Positions 37,501 through 48,070 are shown, counted from the first letter of the stretch. The stretch: DNA of 64,000 nt from Nemertoderma westbladi (GCA_032718475.1 JAUCBJ010002777.1:1-64000), one strand, 5' to 3'. Notes: generated from the letters alone by a model not told the origin. Translations and numbers: made by a program.

Positions 37501-39635
37501 CTAGCTGGAACTCCCTCCACAGAGATGTAAGCCACGCTGATGCACCCCTGCTTTCTCGATCGCTGCTCCGACTAGCTGGAACTCCCTCTCCAGAGATATA
37601 CGCCATGCTGGACCCCTGCTTTCTCGATCGCTGCTCCGACTAGCTGGAACTCCCTCTCCAGAGATATACGCCATGCTGGACCCCTGATTTCTCGATCACT
37701 GCTCCGACTAGCTGGAACTCCCTCCACAGAGATGTACGCCACACTGGACCCCTGCTTTCCCGATCGCTGCTCCGACTAGCTGGAACTCCCTCCACAGAGA
37801 TGTACGCCACACTGGACCCCTGCTTTCCCGATTGCTGCTCCGACTATCAGGAACTCCCTCCCCAGAGATATACGCCACGCTGGACCCCTGCTTTCTCGAT
37901 CGCTGCTCTGACTAGCTGGAACTCCCTCCACAGAGATGTAAGCCACGCTGCTGGACCCCTGCTGTCTCGATCGCTGCTCCGACTATCTGGAACTCCCTCC
38001 CCAGAGATGTACGCCACGCTGGACCCCTGCTTTCTCGATCGCTGCTCCGACTAGCTGGAACTCCCTCCACAGAGATATACGCCGAGCTGCTGGACCCCTG
38101 CTTTCTCAATCGCTGCTCCAACTAGCTGGAACTCCCTCCACAGAGATGTAAGCCACGCTGCTGGACCCCTGCTTTCCCAATCGCTGCTCCGACTATCTGG
38201 AACTCCCTCCCCAGAGATGCACGCCACACTGGACCACTGCTTTCTCGAACGCTGCTCCGACTAGCTGGAACTCCCTCCCCAGAGATGTACGCCACGCTGG
38301 ACCCCTGCTTTCTCGATCGCTGCTCCAACTAGCTGGAACTCCTTCCACAGAGATGTAAGCCACGCTGCTGGACCCCTGCTGTCTCGATCGCTGCTCCAAC
38401 TATCTGGAACTCCCTCCCCAGAGATGTACGCCACGCTGGACCCTTGCTTTCTCGATCGCTGCTCCGACTAGCTGGAACTCCCTCCCCAGAGATGTATGGC
38501 ACGCTGCTGGACCCCTGCTTTCTCGATCGCTGCTCCGACTAGCTGGAACTCCCTCCACAGAGATGTAAGCCGCGCTGCTGGACCCCTGCTTTCCCGATCG
38601 CTGCTCCGACTATCTGGAACTCCCTCCCCAGAGATGCACGCCACACTGGACCACTGCTTTCTGGAATGCTGCTCCGACTAGCTGGAACTCCCCCCCCCCC
38701 CCCCCCCCCAGAGATGTACGCCACGCTGGACCCCTGCTTTCTCGATCGCTGCTCCGACTATCTGGAACTCCCTCCCCAGAGATGTACGCCACGCTGGACC
38801 CCTGCTTTCTCGATCGCTGCTCCAACTAGCTGGAACTCCCTCCACAGAGATATACGCCGAGCTGCTGGACCCCTGCTTTCTCAATCGCTGCCCCGACTAA
38901 CTGGAACTCCCTCCCCGGAGATGTAATCCACGCTGGACCCCTGCTTTCTCGATCGCTGCCCCGACTAACTGGAACTCCCTCCCCGGAGATGTAATCCACG
39001 CTGGACCCCTGCTTTCTCGATTGCTGCTCCGATTATCTGGAACTCCCTCCCCGGAGATGTAAGCCACGCTGCTGGACCCCTGCTTTCTCGATCGCTGCCC
39101 CGACTAACTGGAACTCCCTCCCCGGAGATGTAATCCACGCTGGACCCCTGCTTTCTCGATCGCTGCTCCGACTATCTGGAACTCCCTCCACAGAGATGTA
39201 AGCCACGCTGCTGCACCCCTGCTTTCCCGATCGTTGGTCCGACTATCTGGAACTCCCTCCCCAGAGATGTAAGCCACGCTGCTGGACCCCTGCTTTCTCG
39301 ATCGCTGCTCCGACTATCTGGAACTCCCTCCCCAGAGATGTATGGCACGCTGAAACACTGACTTTATTTAAATCCCGACTGAAAACCCACTTTTTACACA
39401 GGAATATTGCTAATTTTATTATAGAATAATACTTTTTAATGTGTATTTGTATTTGTATAGGCCTAGTGCATTTTTAATCTAATTGTATTTTAGACGAGTT
39501 GTTTTTTAGTAGTGATTTTCTTTTTTAGTTGTTTTTACTGAAATTGTTGATAAATTTTATTTATTTTTATAAATATCTATGTGGTACAGAAAGGTCTGGG
39601 CAGAAAGGAGCTGTATAAATATTTTATTATTATTA
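34530..39635 (+). mobile_element. L2/CR1-type LINE 3' end hosting an internal satellite
   Basis: LFIPGRSRTK...GRAFSIAAPIIWNSLP before the array and AETLTLFKSRLKTHF after it. AT-rich 3' UTR ending gctgtataaatattttattattatt. Confidence 0.8.
34598..39351. repeat. Satellite, 68-bp unit (71-bp variants) with higher-order duplication
   Basis: Unit TGCTTTCTCGATCGCTGCTCCGACTATCTGGAACTCCCTCCCCAGAGATGTAAGCCACGCTGGACCCC. The variant pattern recurs at a 1026-bp offset (identical ORFs at 35127 and 36153). Confidence 0.96.
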
Positions 39636-40565
39636 TGAATAATATCAAATTTCGGCCCCTTTAGCCTTTATTATACTGTAATAGAAAATTATAACACAGT
39701 AATATAATAAGGCACCTGGTCAGAAGGAGGAACAATTAGGAAGGATGTTATAGAGGGTTGAACCTGCGCTGTATTGTACCATTTCAGGTTAATAAATGAG
39801 GTAGATTGCTGTATTTAATAACCTACACGATGGTAAGGTTGTATGAGTTTATGTGTATTATTGTTTCAGAAGAATATAACAATTGTGGTGTAAAAAATAT
39901 ATACCGGATGTTCCATAATGATCCCCCCCCCCCTGGCCAGCCAAAACTACCAGACATGTACTTTAGTGTAATATATCATTCGAAAGATAATTTAATTCTG
40001 AGCTTGCATGCAAAAGTTTAGGGCCCAATACGAAAGTATAAAAATTGTATAGTCAATTCTTTAAACCTATCTTACTTCCAGGTCAGGTTTGGTCAGGTCA
40101 GGTCAGGTCAGGTAGGTCATTGATCAAGAAAATTTGTCACCTCCATGCAGCATAAAGGAGGTGCCACCTGTAGCTGCTTACACCCTCGTACTAGGGCAAA
40201 TCTGGTCCTGTAACTAGGACACCCTTCGTTCTGGGATAAGGACGCCCTTGGTCCTGGATTAAGGACCCATATACTTGGCTGCAGGGGTATATGGCCTGAC
40301 CAGGCAGATGGTGATCTACCAATGGCTGGTCAGGAGTAGAGTGTTCTCATGTCCACTCTGAGTACACTTCACTGCGACCTGCACCTGGCAGCAAGGGTAC
40401 AGGGCATGACCCAGCAGATGAGCTGCACAGCCAATGGTCGGTCATGTGCGCCATAGTAGATATGGGTGATGGGCCTCATATCTGACTCCATTGCGACACC
40501 CACCCTGTGGAATGGCAAACCAGGGTGTGGTATTTGTCCCGAGAGCTAAATCGTCAAATCTCTAA

Positions 40566-41106
40566 TGTTAGCTTATTCAATCCCGCCAACACCCCATAAA
40601 GTTATAAGCCGATAAGCAATATTGGGAGCCACGAGATTGGGCAATTAACCAACTCGTGCCATCCCAATAAGAGTGGGAAGGAAGCACACAATAGAGGGTC
40701 AGGGGCCAAACCCCTAACCCAGAGAGAACAGGTGGAGTGAACGGGAATACTCCACGGGGCGCCAACAAGGGTATCAACCAATCAGAGGGGGGCAAGGCAT
40801 CGATTGAGTAGCAATAAGGCCACCGTGCAATATAACCAATAACCTATTAATCAGTGATTCAGTTATCTCAGTGCAGCAGTGCTAGCGTAGGTTGGTAGTC
40901 AATTAGTTTAGTTAGGGGATCACGGGACTTTAGTTACCGTATCCCGCCTTGTACACATTATATCTATATCTATATCCTATGCCCTATTATTATTATACAC
41001 CGAACTTCAGAACTCAGTTACTTTATTTCACCCTTATACACGGCGGGGACGCGTGGACTAAATTACCACACCGGATAAATCGGGATCCCTCCTGGATCCC
41101 GTCACA
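40566..41106 (+). repeat. 5' LTR
   Basis: TGTTAGC...CCCGTCACA; no differences from the 3' LTR seen by eye. TATA-like AATATAA at ~40829 with TCAGT initiator-like motifs ~25-40 bp downstream. Confidence 0.97.
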
Positions 41107-41186
41107 GTAACTAAATCCGAGCTGCCGCCCCAGTTAAACTCTAAGAACTACACTGCTAGCTAGCCGAACTCCACCGACCAGACGAG

Positions 41187-44100
41187 ATGAGTGAATCGGG
41201 CGAGACACCGACGCGGACCCCGGACGAAGATCAAACGATCCGCGAGGCCGCGACCAAGCGATACAGGCCCACGACGCCGGAGCCATCGATAACGGGCGAA
41301 CCGGAAGTCCAGAACGAGGAGAGTCTGGAACCCGAAGTCGAGCCAAGAGAGAAAGAGAGCGAGATGGAGGGAGATGGAGACGAGTCGACACGAGACGGAG
41401 AACGGCACGCCGATGTCGCCGGCCAGCTACCGGCCGAGGGCGACGAGCGGCCCACCGAAACGGCGACGGTGGGGCCGACGGTGCGACGCCGGACGCGAAG
41501 AGACGGAGGAGAGATCGGTACCGATGTCACCGGCCAGCTACAGGCCGAGGGCGACGGACGGCCCACCGGAACGGCGACGGTGGAGCCGCCGGTACGACGT
41601 CGAACCCGGAGGGACGGAGGAGAAGTCGGCGAGGAGGACGTCGGGGTCTCTGAGCGACTTCGACGAGCCTACATCGCGGCCCGGAGGATGCTAAAGGATG
41701 CCAAAAAGGAAGGGGCGAAGGTAGACGAGGTGAGACTGAGAAAGCGACTAGGTGAGTCGGATAGACACTTTAATTATCTAATACGTTTTGGGCAGAGAGA
41801 ACTAGCCGAAACGAGAGCACATGAGATTGCCGGGGAACTGTTTGAACTATGGGAATGTGGGAGTATGGAACCTAGCGTAGCATCAGTGTACATAGGGCCA
41901 TACTTGGTCGATGCCCGGGGAGTAAAACCGGCGGGTTGGAGGGGACTCGAAGGGGGCGAATCCGAGGTTAACCCCGAGGATTCGGCCTCGTCGGTCGGAG
42001 AAAGCTCCGGGAAGCGGGGGAAAGTTGGTAGGTCGGGAAGGCGGGGGAAGTCCGTCGTAACCGATAAGTCTGTTACATCCTCCGCGAAAGAAAGAGCGGT
42101 GAGGGAAATAGGTGCCGCATACCGTCTCAGCATGGCAGAGCAAGGTCAGAGAGAAATGAAGGAACGGCTAGAGGAGGGGAGAGTGCGGTTAGAGAGGGAA
42201 GCGGCATTGCTTAAAGAAACCGGAGAGAGGGCCGAAAGGGCTTTGAAAAGCCTAAGGGAGTATGATGAGATAGAGGAAAGGGAGTGTAGGGAGCGTGAGG
42301 CGAGAGAGGAAAGGGAACGCAAGGAGCGTGAGGCAAGGGAGGAAAGGGAACGCAAGGAGCGTGAGGCGGAACGCAAGGAGCGTGAGGCAAGGGAGGAAAG
42401 GGAACGCAAGGAGTATGAAGCGAGAAGGGAAAAGGAACGCAAGGAGTATGAAGCGAGAAGGGAAAAGGAACGCAAGGAGCGCGAAGTGAGACGAAGGGAG
42501 AGCATTAAGAGTGCTGCAGAGTCGGCCATCAGGGACACCCAGGAGCGTGAGAGGAGAATGGCAGAGACTGAAAAAGAGCGCAAGGAATTAGAGAGACGGC
42601 AGAGTGAGTTTGCGGGAGATAAGATTAGACGGGCGCACGAGTTGCAACTCATGCGAGCAACGCCGTCTGAAAGCGGGGCCGGCTCGAGTATTTTTGAGGA
42701 GCCGGGGGCCGTGGATACATTTATTAACACCCCACTGACAGGGACCGCACAACAGACCCAAAACTGGTGTGACCGTACAGGCGGGGGGGGGGGTAATAAT
42801 AATAATGGTACAGTAGACGTTGTTAATATTAATAGTACCGTATGGGATAACTCTAACCAAACCTTTATTACAGGGAATGCTTTACATAGTGGTAGTAATT
42901 TAAATTTAAATCAGAACGCCCCTAGTATTAATGTAGGAAATAATTCTGATATTAATGTAGCTACGCAAAATAATTCAAATAATCAAAATAATAACCCAGA
43001 TTCGAATCTACAAAATAATTTAAATAACGCAATTACGCAAAATAATTCGAATAATTTAAATAATGACCTATGCCCGAATTTACAAAATAATTCAGATAAC
43101 GTAGTCGTGCAGAATAATACAAATGATTTTGTTTCAAACGAGCAAATTAATTCCGTTTCCAATATGGGTGCTATTAATGTAAACACGTCAGGCCTACATA
43201 ACCAGGCGGAAGAGGGCCTGGTAGGTCGCATAGTCGGTAGCCAGACGGATGAGGGCCTGGTAGGCCACGTAGTTAGTAGACAGGGAGCAGAGGGCCTGGT
43301 AGGCCACGTAGTTGGTAGGCAGGGAGTAGAGGGCCTGGAAGGCCACGTAATAGCAGAGGGAGAGGCGGGGGTAAATAGACCCGACCGTGGTAGGGTTGAT
43401 GTGTCGACTAGAGAGGTATATAATAGCGGGGAGAGAGGTAGCGAAGTTAGATGTAGCGAGTGGGGGGGGGGGCTACGAGGACCCCACAACAGAGAGTTAG
43501 CGGCGAAAGGGGGGGGGACAGGGAGTGTCCCACAGCCGTCAGCGGATAATGCGAGGGCCGAAATAGGTAAACTGCAACAACCGGCGACGGAAAGTAACAG
43601 GGGGATTGTGGGTATCCCCAGCGGCGTGCGACCGAGCAGAGAGAGACAGGTTGACGTCGCGAGAGGGCGGACGAAGCGTCGTGCCCGATCAGAGGAGGGA
43701 AGAAGAACAGTGGGGTTTAACCGGGAGGTCGACGAGAGATCTCGCGAGCGGGAATATTCCACTGATAGGAGAAGAAAGGAAGACAGTAGTAGAAGTATCG
43801 CCGCAAACGATAGAAGAGCGAGGACGGACAGCGAGCCGTCGGTAGTCGAGATGAGAACGGAGAGTCAGTGGGGTCGGACTCCGGGAGATTGCCGTCGCCC
43901 CGGAGGGATGCGATCCGGTGAGACGCATTACACGCCGAGAGAGGGGTACACGATGTACCAGTACGAAGATGAAAACAGTAGAGAGGGGGGTCGAAGAGAA
44001 ACTTTCCGACCGAATATACCTACCCGTCGAGAATACGGTAGCCGCGGGGAGGATTATTCAAGAAGAATAAACTTCGATCCCGAGCAACACATGCAGACTG

Positions 44101-44396
44101 TAGGGCATACTGTAGGTCTTACTGCAGATACCGTAGGCCATACTGAGAGAGGCAATGTAGGCGATAGGATAGCGTGGACAACGGGATTAAACCCGGAAGT
44201 CGCGGAATACATACCGGCGGGTAGGCCAGAAGCTGATAGGCCTATACCGGTACCAGCACAGCAGTATGACTACAGCATGCAGGGACATAACATATACCCA
44301 GGGGAGGGGGGAATTATTGCGGATAGGTGCATGGGCCCCAACATATTAACATCAACCCCATTACCAAACATACCGGTGGGGGGGGGGACAGGGTGA
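41187..44396 (+). CDS. gag: N-terminal part of BEL Gag (acidic repeats, E/R coiled coil, Asn-rich tract)
   Basis: 1069-aa ORF starting 80 bp after the LTR. Joins the next ORF if one G is removed from the G10 run at 44378-44387. Confidence 0.75.
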   Translation: MSESGETPTRTPDEDQTIREAATKRYRPTTPEPSITGEPEVQNEESLEPEVEPREKESEMEGDGDESTRDGERHADVAGQLPAEGDERPTETATVGPTVRRRTRRDGGEIGTDVTGQLQAEGDGRPTGTATVEPPVRRRTRRDGGEVGEEDVGVSERLRRAYIAARRMLKDAKKEGAKVDEVRLRKRLGESDRHFNYLIRFGQRELAETRAHEIAGELFELWECGSMEPSVASVYIGPYLVDARGVKPAGWRGLEGGESEVNPEDSASSVGESSGKRGKVGRSGRRGKSVVTDKSVTSSAKERAVREIGAAYRLSMAEQGQREMKERLEEGRVRLEREAALLKETGERAERALKSLREYDEIEERECREREAREERERKEREAREERERKEREAERKEREAREERERKEYEARREKERKEYEARREKERKEREVRRRESIKSAAESAIRDTQERERRMAETEKERKELERRQSEFAGDKIRRAHELQLMRATPSESGAGSSIFEEPGAVDTFINTPLTGTAQQTQNWCDRTGGGGGNNNNGTVDVVNINSTVWDNSNQTFITGNALHSGSNLNLNQNAPSINVGNNSDINVATQNNSNNQNNNPDSNLQNNLNNAITQNNSNNLNNDLCPNLQNNSDNVVVQNNTNDFVSNEQINSVSNMGAINVNTSGLHNQAEEGLVGRIVGSQTDEGLVGHVVSRQGAEGLVGHVVGRQGVEGLEGHVIAEGEAGVNRPDRGRVDVSTREVYNSGERGSEVRCSEWGGGLRGPHNRELAAKGGGTGSVPQPSADNARAEIGKLQQPATESNRGIVGIPSGVRPSRERQVDVARGRTKRRARSEEGRRTVGFNREVDERSREREYSTDRRRKEDSSRSIAANDRRARTDSEPSVVEMRTESQWGRTPGDCRRPGGMRSGETHYTPREGYTMYQYEDENSREGGRRETFRPNIPTRREYGSRGEDYSRRINFDPEQHMQTVGHTVGLTADTVGHTERGNVGDRIAWTTGLNPEVAEYIPAGRPEADRPIPVPAQQYDYSMQGHNIYPGEGGIIADRCMGPNILTSTPLPNIPVGGGTG

Positions 44397-44430
44397 CATT
44401 CCCCCATCACAATATCAACAATATACCCCG

Positions 44431-47112
44431 ATGGTAGCAAGAACAACGAGACCCTTGGACGAAAACAGGTCGTGCGACACAGATATATGGAGGGGGCCGC
44501 TACCCCCGATGACATACCCAAGCCAGAGAAAGTCAAGAAATAGGACAGACGGAACGCATCAGCCAGGGGAAACTATACAGCACCCGTTGAATCCATTGGA
44601 AGCGCAGGCGATAGGGATGGCCACGTTGATCGATGCTTTGAAAACGAGGATCGAGTTACCACCCGTGGAACCATTCAAGTTCGATGGGAGTAGGCCGGAA
44701 GAATATCTACAGTTTCGGCGAATGTATAGTAACGAAATACTAACAATAAACTTGACACAGGCGGAGTGCCTAAAGTATCTACAAGTGTACACGGGAGGCC
44801 CAGCATACGACATTGTGAGGCAATATCAGGGAATAGAGGGCGGCTTCACGACAGCATGGCGGGCACTGGATAGGGAATACGGGCACCCGGCCAAGATCAT
44901 CAGGCAGACACTGAGAGGCATAACATCGGGTGGCCTACAGGATAAGCCCGTTAGCATCAAGACGTTTGCTAACAAAGTCGAAAAGGCGCTAATCGTGCTG
45001 AAGACGCTAGACGCGCCGTACGAGCTCAATGCGTCCAACAACATCACCACGATAGCGCAGGCACTACCAAACTGGCTGCGCAACAAGTGGAGAAAAATCG
45101 CCTTCTCCACTCGAGATAAGAAGGGTGCGGAACCGGGTTTAGAAGAAATGTCAAACTTCTTAAACTACGAGGCTGAACTAATAACTGACCCAGTCTATAG
45201 CGAAGACAGCCTGGGAAAGGGACCGAAGACAGACTACCATAGACCAAAACCAGAGCACAACACATCGAACGCATTACCGAGACTCAGGCAATCATTGCCA
45301 TATGCAGCAACGCAGGGGACTGCAAGTCCACAGGCAAACGAAGATAAGACAACATCATGGGACGGACAGGGGAACAATAACAACATGAATAAACATAACC
45401 CCAGTACGTCCAGTAGGCCAAATCCAGTCAACAAGAATAGTAGGGACTTTGGTACGAATATAACTGCGATACGCAATGCATTGTATAAAGAGGGCTACGA
45501 CCCAAAGAGCAAATGCCAGTTACACGCAAATGCGCTTCATAAAACCATGAACTGCAGGTACTGGCAGGCGCTACCGAGGCAAGACCAGATAGATTACGCG
45601 TCGAGCAATAAAATCTGCTCGCGATGTGTGAAGAGTGGACACAAGGCCAGGGAGTGCCAAGAGAAGCCGGTCAAGTTTGGCCAAAGGAGAGGCCAAACGA
45701 TGGCAACGAGCACGGTAGGGGCGAAGAAGAGAGGCACGGTGTTACTTGGAGTAGTACCGGTGCGAGTGATCGGGGAGGGCAATCGATCAGTAACAACACT
45801 AATGCTGATTGATAGTGGAGCTGCCTTCACATTAGTCGAGGAATGGGTAGCCGAAGAAATAGGATTGAGAACAAGGCCAAGCAGAATGGCGGTAACAACC
45901 ATCTCTAGCAAAGATGAGATCCTAGAGATGAGGACAGGACGGTGCGCAATTGCAGCAGTGGCACCAGGATGCGATTATGGGGCAACCATCGACCCCATCC
46001 AAGTAATAGAGTCAATTAACATCAATGCCAGGCGGCCAACCAACATCGAGGTCGAGCAATACAAATTCCTGGACGACATTGACTTCTCGATCCCAGACGT
46101 GGACATTAGGAAGGTATCCATCATAGTAGGAATGGACTGCCCGACGGCCCATGAAAGAATGCAAACGGTCTTCGGCGAAGACAAGCAGAGTGACCCGGTG
46201 GCCATATTAACACCATTCGGGTGGACACTGACAGGCCCAATTAAGAGTAATATACCATTCCATGTGTCCGAGAGTTCAGGATGCATGGTGCCAGGAACTG
46301 ACGAGATAGAGGAGAGGCCAGAGATGGGCAATAGTGGTAGACAGCTAGAAGTAGAAGCAACACCAAGAGAGTGGGCGGAGGAGAATGGTATGGATGCAGA
46401 AGATCTAGAGACGATGGGTTGGAATAAGGGTCCCAGCAAGTATCGGTATGGAGATGGGGAGGAGCGGACGGTGGAGTGTCGGGAGGACAAACCGGAGAAG
46501 TGTCCGGTGGAGTGTCCAGAGGAGCGCCCGGAAGAGACGCCGGTCCGGTTGAGAGGCATACCGACAAGGGGGAAGCCGAGTAAGAATACAAGATGGAAAG
46601 GGAGAAGATGTGAGACAATCAGACCAGGGGCAGAGAAGCCCATGAATAAACATATGGTGGACAAAGGAGGCGGGAGAGTAGGAGGCGTGCTGCGTACGCA
46701 CGCGGAACTGACAGAGTGCGAGGGGGCATTACATGGGCAGACATCGTGTATACCGAAGGACGAACAGGGGTCGTTGAAGCCTTTAATGCCAGCACACATA
46801 TTAAGGGGGAGGCCAGCAGAGGTGGCATCTAAGATTAAGGAGAAGAACAGGGGCGGCATTATACCGCCGGGTGACACGTTGAAGGGTGGCACTTTGCCGC
46901 CAAGGGACGACCACGAGATCAGAAACATAAATAACAGACAGCATTTGCCAAAACAGGAGAAAAGACCACCTATCGAATTGACAAGGAGAGCGGAGCGAAG
47001 AATTAGAGAACCTATAGGGGGGCAGTGGGAGAGTTGCCTGCTGGAGGAATCACCCCTTGGGTCGCTGAGTTGTCCAACAGGTTGGACTGGGATGGAAGAG
47101 TTAGATCCGTAA
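44431..47112 (+). CDS. gag-pro: BEL Gag core (DUF1759-like) + zinc knuckles + aspartic protease + vestigial pol tail
   Basis: PFKFDG..EEYLQF...LKYLQVYTGGPA...AWRALDREYG; CQLH....HKTMNC; CSRCVKSGHKAREC; VPVRV...LIDSGA; AILTPFGWTLTGP. No Y/FxDD RT core and no integrase DDE core. Confidence 0.88.
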   Translation: MVARTTRPLDENRSCDTDIWRGPLPPMTYPSQRKSRNRTDGTHQPGETIQHPLNPLEAQAIGMATLIDALKTRIELPPVEPFKFDGSRPEEYLQFRRMYSNEILTINLTQAECLKYLQVYTGGPAYDIVRQYQGIEGGFTTAWRALDREYGHPAKIIRQTLRGITSGGLQDKPVSIKTFANKVEKALIVLKTLDAPYELNASNNITTIAQALPNWLRNKWRKIAFSTRDKKGAEPGLEEMSNFLNYEAELITDPVYSEDSLGKGPKTDYHRPKPEHNTSNALPRLRQSLPYAATQGTASPQANEDKTTSWDGQGNNNNMNKHNPSTSSRPNPVNKNSRDFGTNITAIRNALYKEGYDPKSKCQLHANALHKTMNCRYWQALPRQDQIDYASSNKICSRCVKSGHKARECQEKPVKFGQRRGQTMATSTVGAKKRGTVLLGVVPVRVIGEGNRSVTTLMLIDSGAAFTLVEEWVAEEIGLRTRPSRMAVTTISSKDEILEMRTGRCAIAAVAPGCDYGATIDPIQVIESININARRPTNIEVEQYKFLDDIDFSIPDVDIRKVSIIVGMDCPTAHERMQTVFGEDKQSDPVAILTPFGWTLTGPIKSNIPFHVSESSGCMVPGTDEIEERPEMGNSGRQLEVEATPREWAEENGMDAEDLETMGWNKGPSKYRYGDGEERTVECREDKPEKCPVECPEERPEETPVRLRGIPTRGKPSKNTRWKGRRCETIRPGAEKPMNKHMVDKGGGRVGGVLRTHAELTECEGALHGQTSCIPKDEQGSLKPLMPAHILRGRPAEVASKIKEKNRGGIIPPGDTLKGGTLPPRDDHEIRNINNRQHLPKQEKRPPIELTRRAERRIREPIGGQWESCLLEESPLGSLSCPTGWTGMEELDP

Positions 47113-47299
47113 AAGGTGCGGGCAGAGGTGTTACCTGTCTATTAGAAGGGGCACCTTAACAGAGTTAGAGAGAAGTTTAGTCGTCCAAGTTTTGGACTGA
47201 GGGGGGTGGGATTGAGGGCGAGACGCCCTTCCCACAAACAAAATAATAAAAATAAAAAAATAGTACATGGTAGGTACGCAGTTAGTAGGCAGAGAGTTA

Positions 47300-48070
47300 G
47301 TAAGAAGGTACGTAGTACCTAGTTAGTTAGTTAGTTAGTTAGGAGGTACGTAGTACCGCCAGTTAGAGAGTCAGTTAGAGGGTACGTAAGTACCGTTAGT
47401 TAGTTAAGTTAGTAGGTACGTAGTACCTAGTTAGAGAGTTAGTAGGTACGTAGTACCTAGTTAGAGAGTTAGTAGGTACGTAGTACCTAGTTAGAGAGTT
47501 AGTAGGTACGTAGTACCTAGTTAGAGAGTTAGTAGGTACGTAGTACCTAGTTAGAGAGTCAGTTAGAGGGTACGTAGTACCGATAGTTAGTTAGAAAAGT
47601 TAGAGGGTACGTAGTACCAATAGTTAGTTAGAAAGTTAGAGGGTACGTAGTACCGATAGTTAGAGAGTTAGAGGGTACGTAGTACCTAGTTAGAGAGTTA
47701 GTAGGTACGTAGTACCTAGTTAGAGAGTTAATAGGTACGTAGTACCTAGTTAGAGAGTTAGAGGGTATGTAGTACCGATAGTTAGAGAGTTAGAGGGTAC
47801 GTAGTACCAATAGTTAGAGTTAGAGTTAGAGGGTACGTAGTACCGTCAGTTAGAGTTAGAGTTAGAGGGTACGTAGTACCGCTAGTTAGAGTTAGAGTTA
47901 GAGGGTACGTAGTACCGCTAGTTAGAGTTAGAGCTAGAGGGTACGTAGTACCGCTAGTTAGAGTTAGAGTTAGAGGGTACGTAGTACCGCCAGTTAGAGT
48001 TAGAGTTAGAGGGTACGTAGTACCGCTAGTTAGAGTTAGAGTTAGTAGGTACGTAGTACCATTAGTTAGA
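47300..48070 (+). repeat. Array of ~23 GGTAC-GTA-GTACC hairpin motifs with AGTTAG/AGTTAGAG linkers (30-38 bp period)
   Basis: Counted directly in the sequence; lies between gag-pro and the extra ORF. Confidence 0.95.

Noticed and set aside
34991-38926. Many MYATLDPCF.../MEQR... ORFs
   Set aside because: Translations of the 68-bp satellite, not genes.
40116-40500. HDV-like ribozyme in the RTE 5' UTR (known for some RTE elements)
   Set aside because: Could not identify the nested double pseudoknot by eye; needs a descriptor or covariance-model search.
47300-48070. CRISPR-like array (palindromic repeat plus spacers)
   Set aside because: Linkers are short and repetitive rather than unique; no cas genes; eukaryotic LTR context.
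47810-48070. Telomeric repeat (TTAGAG runs)
   Set aside because: Only 2-3 variant units between hairpins, inside an LTR element; not a TTAGGG tract.
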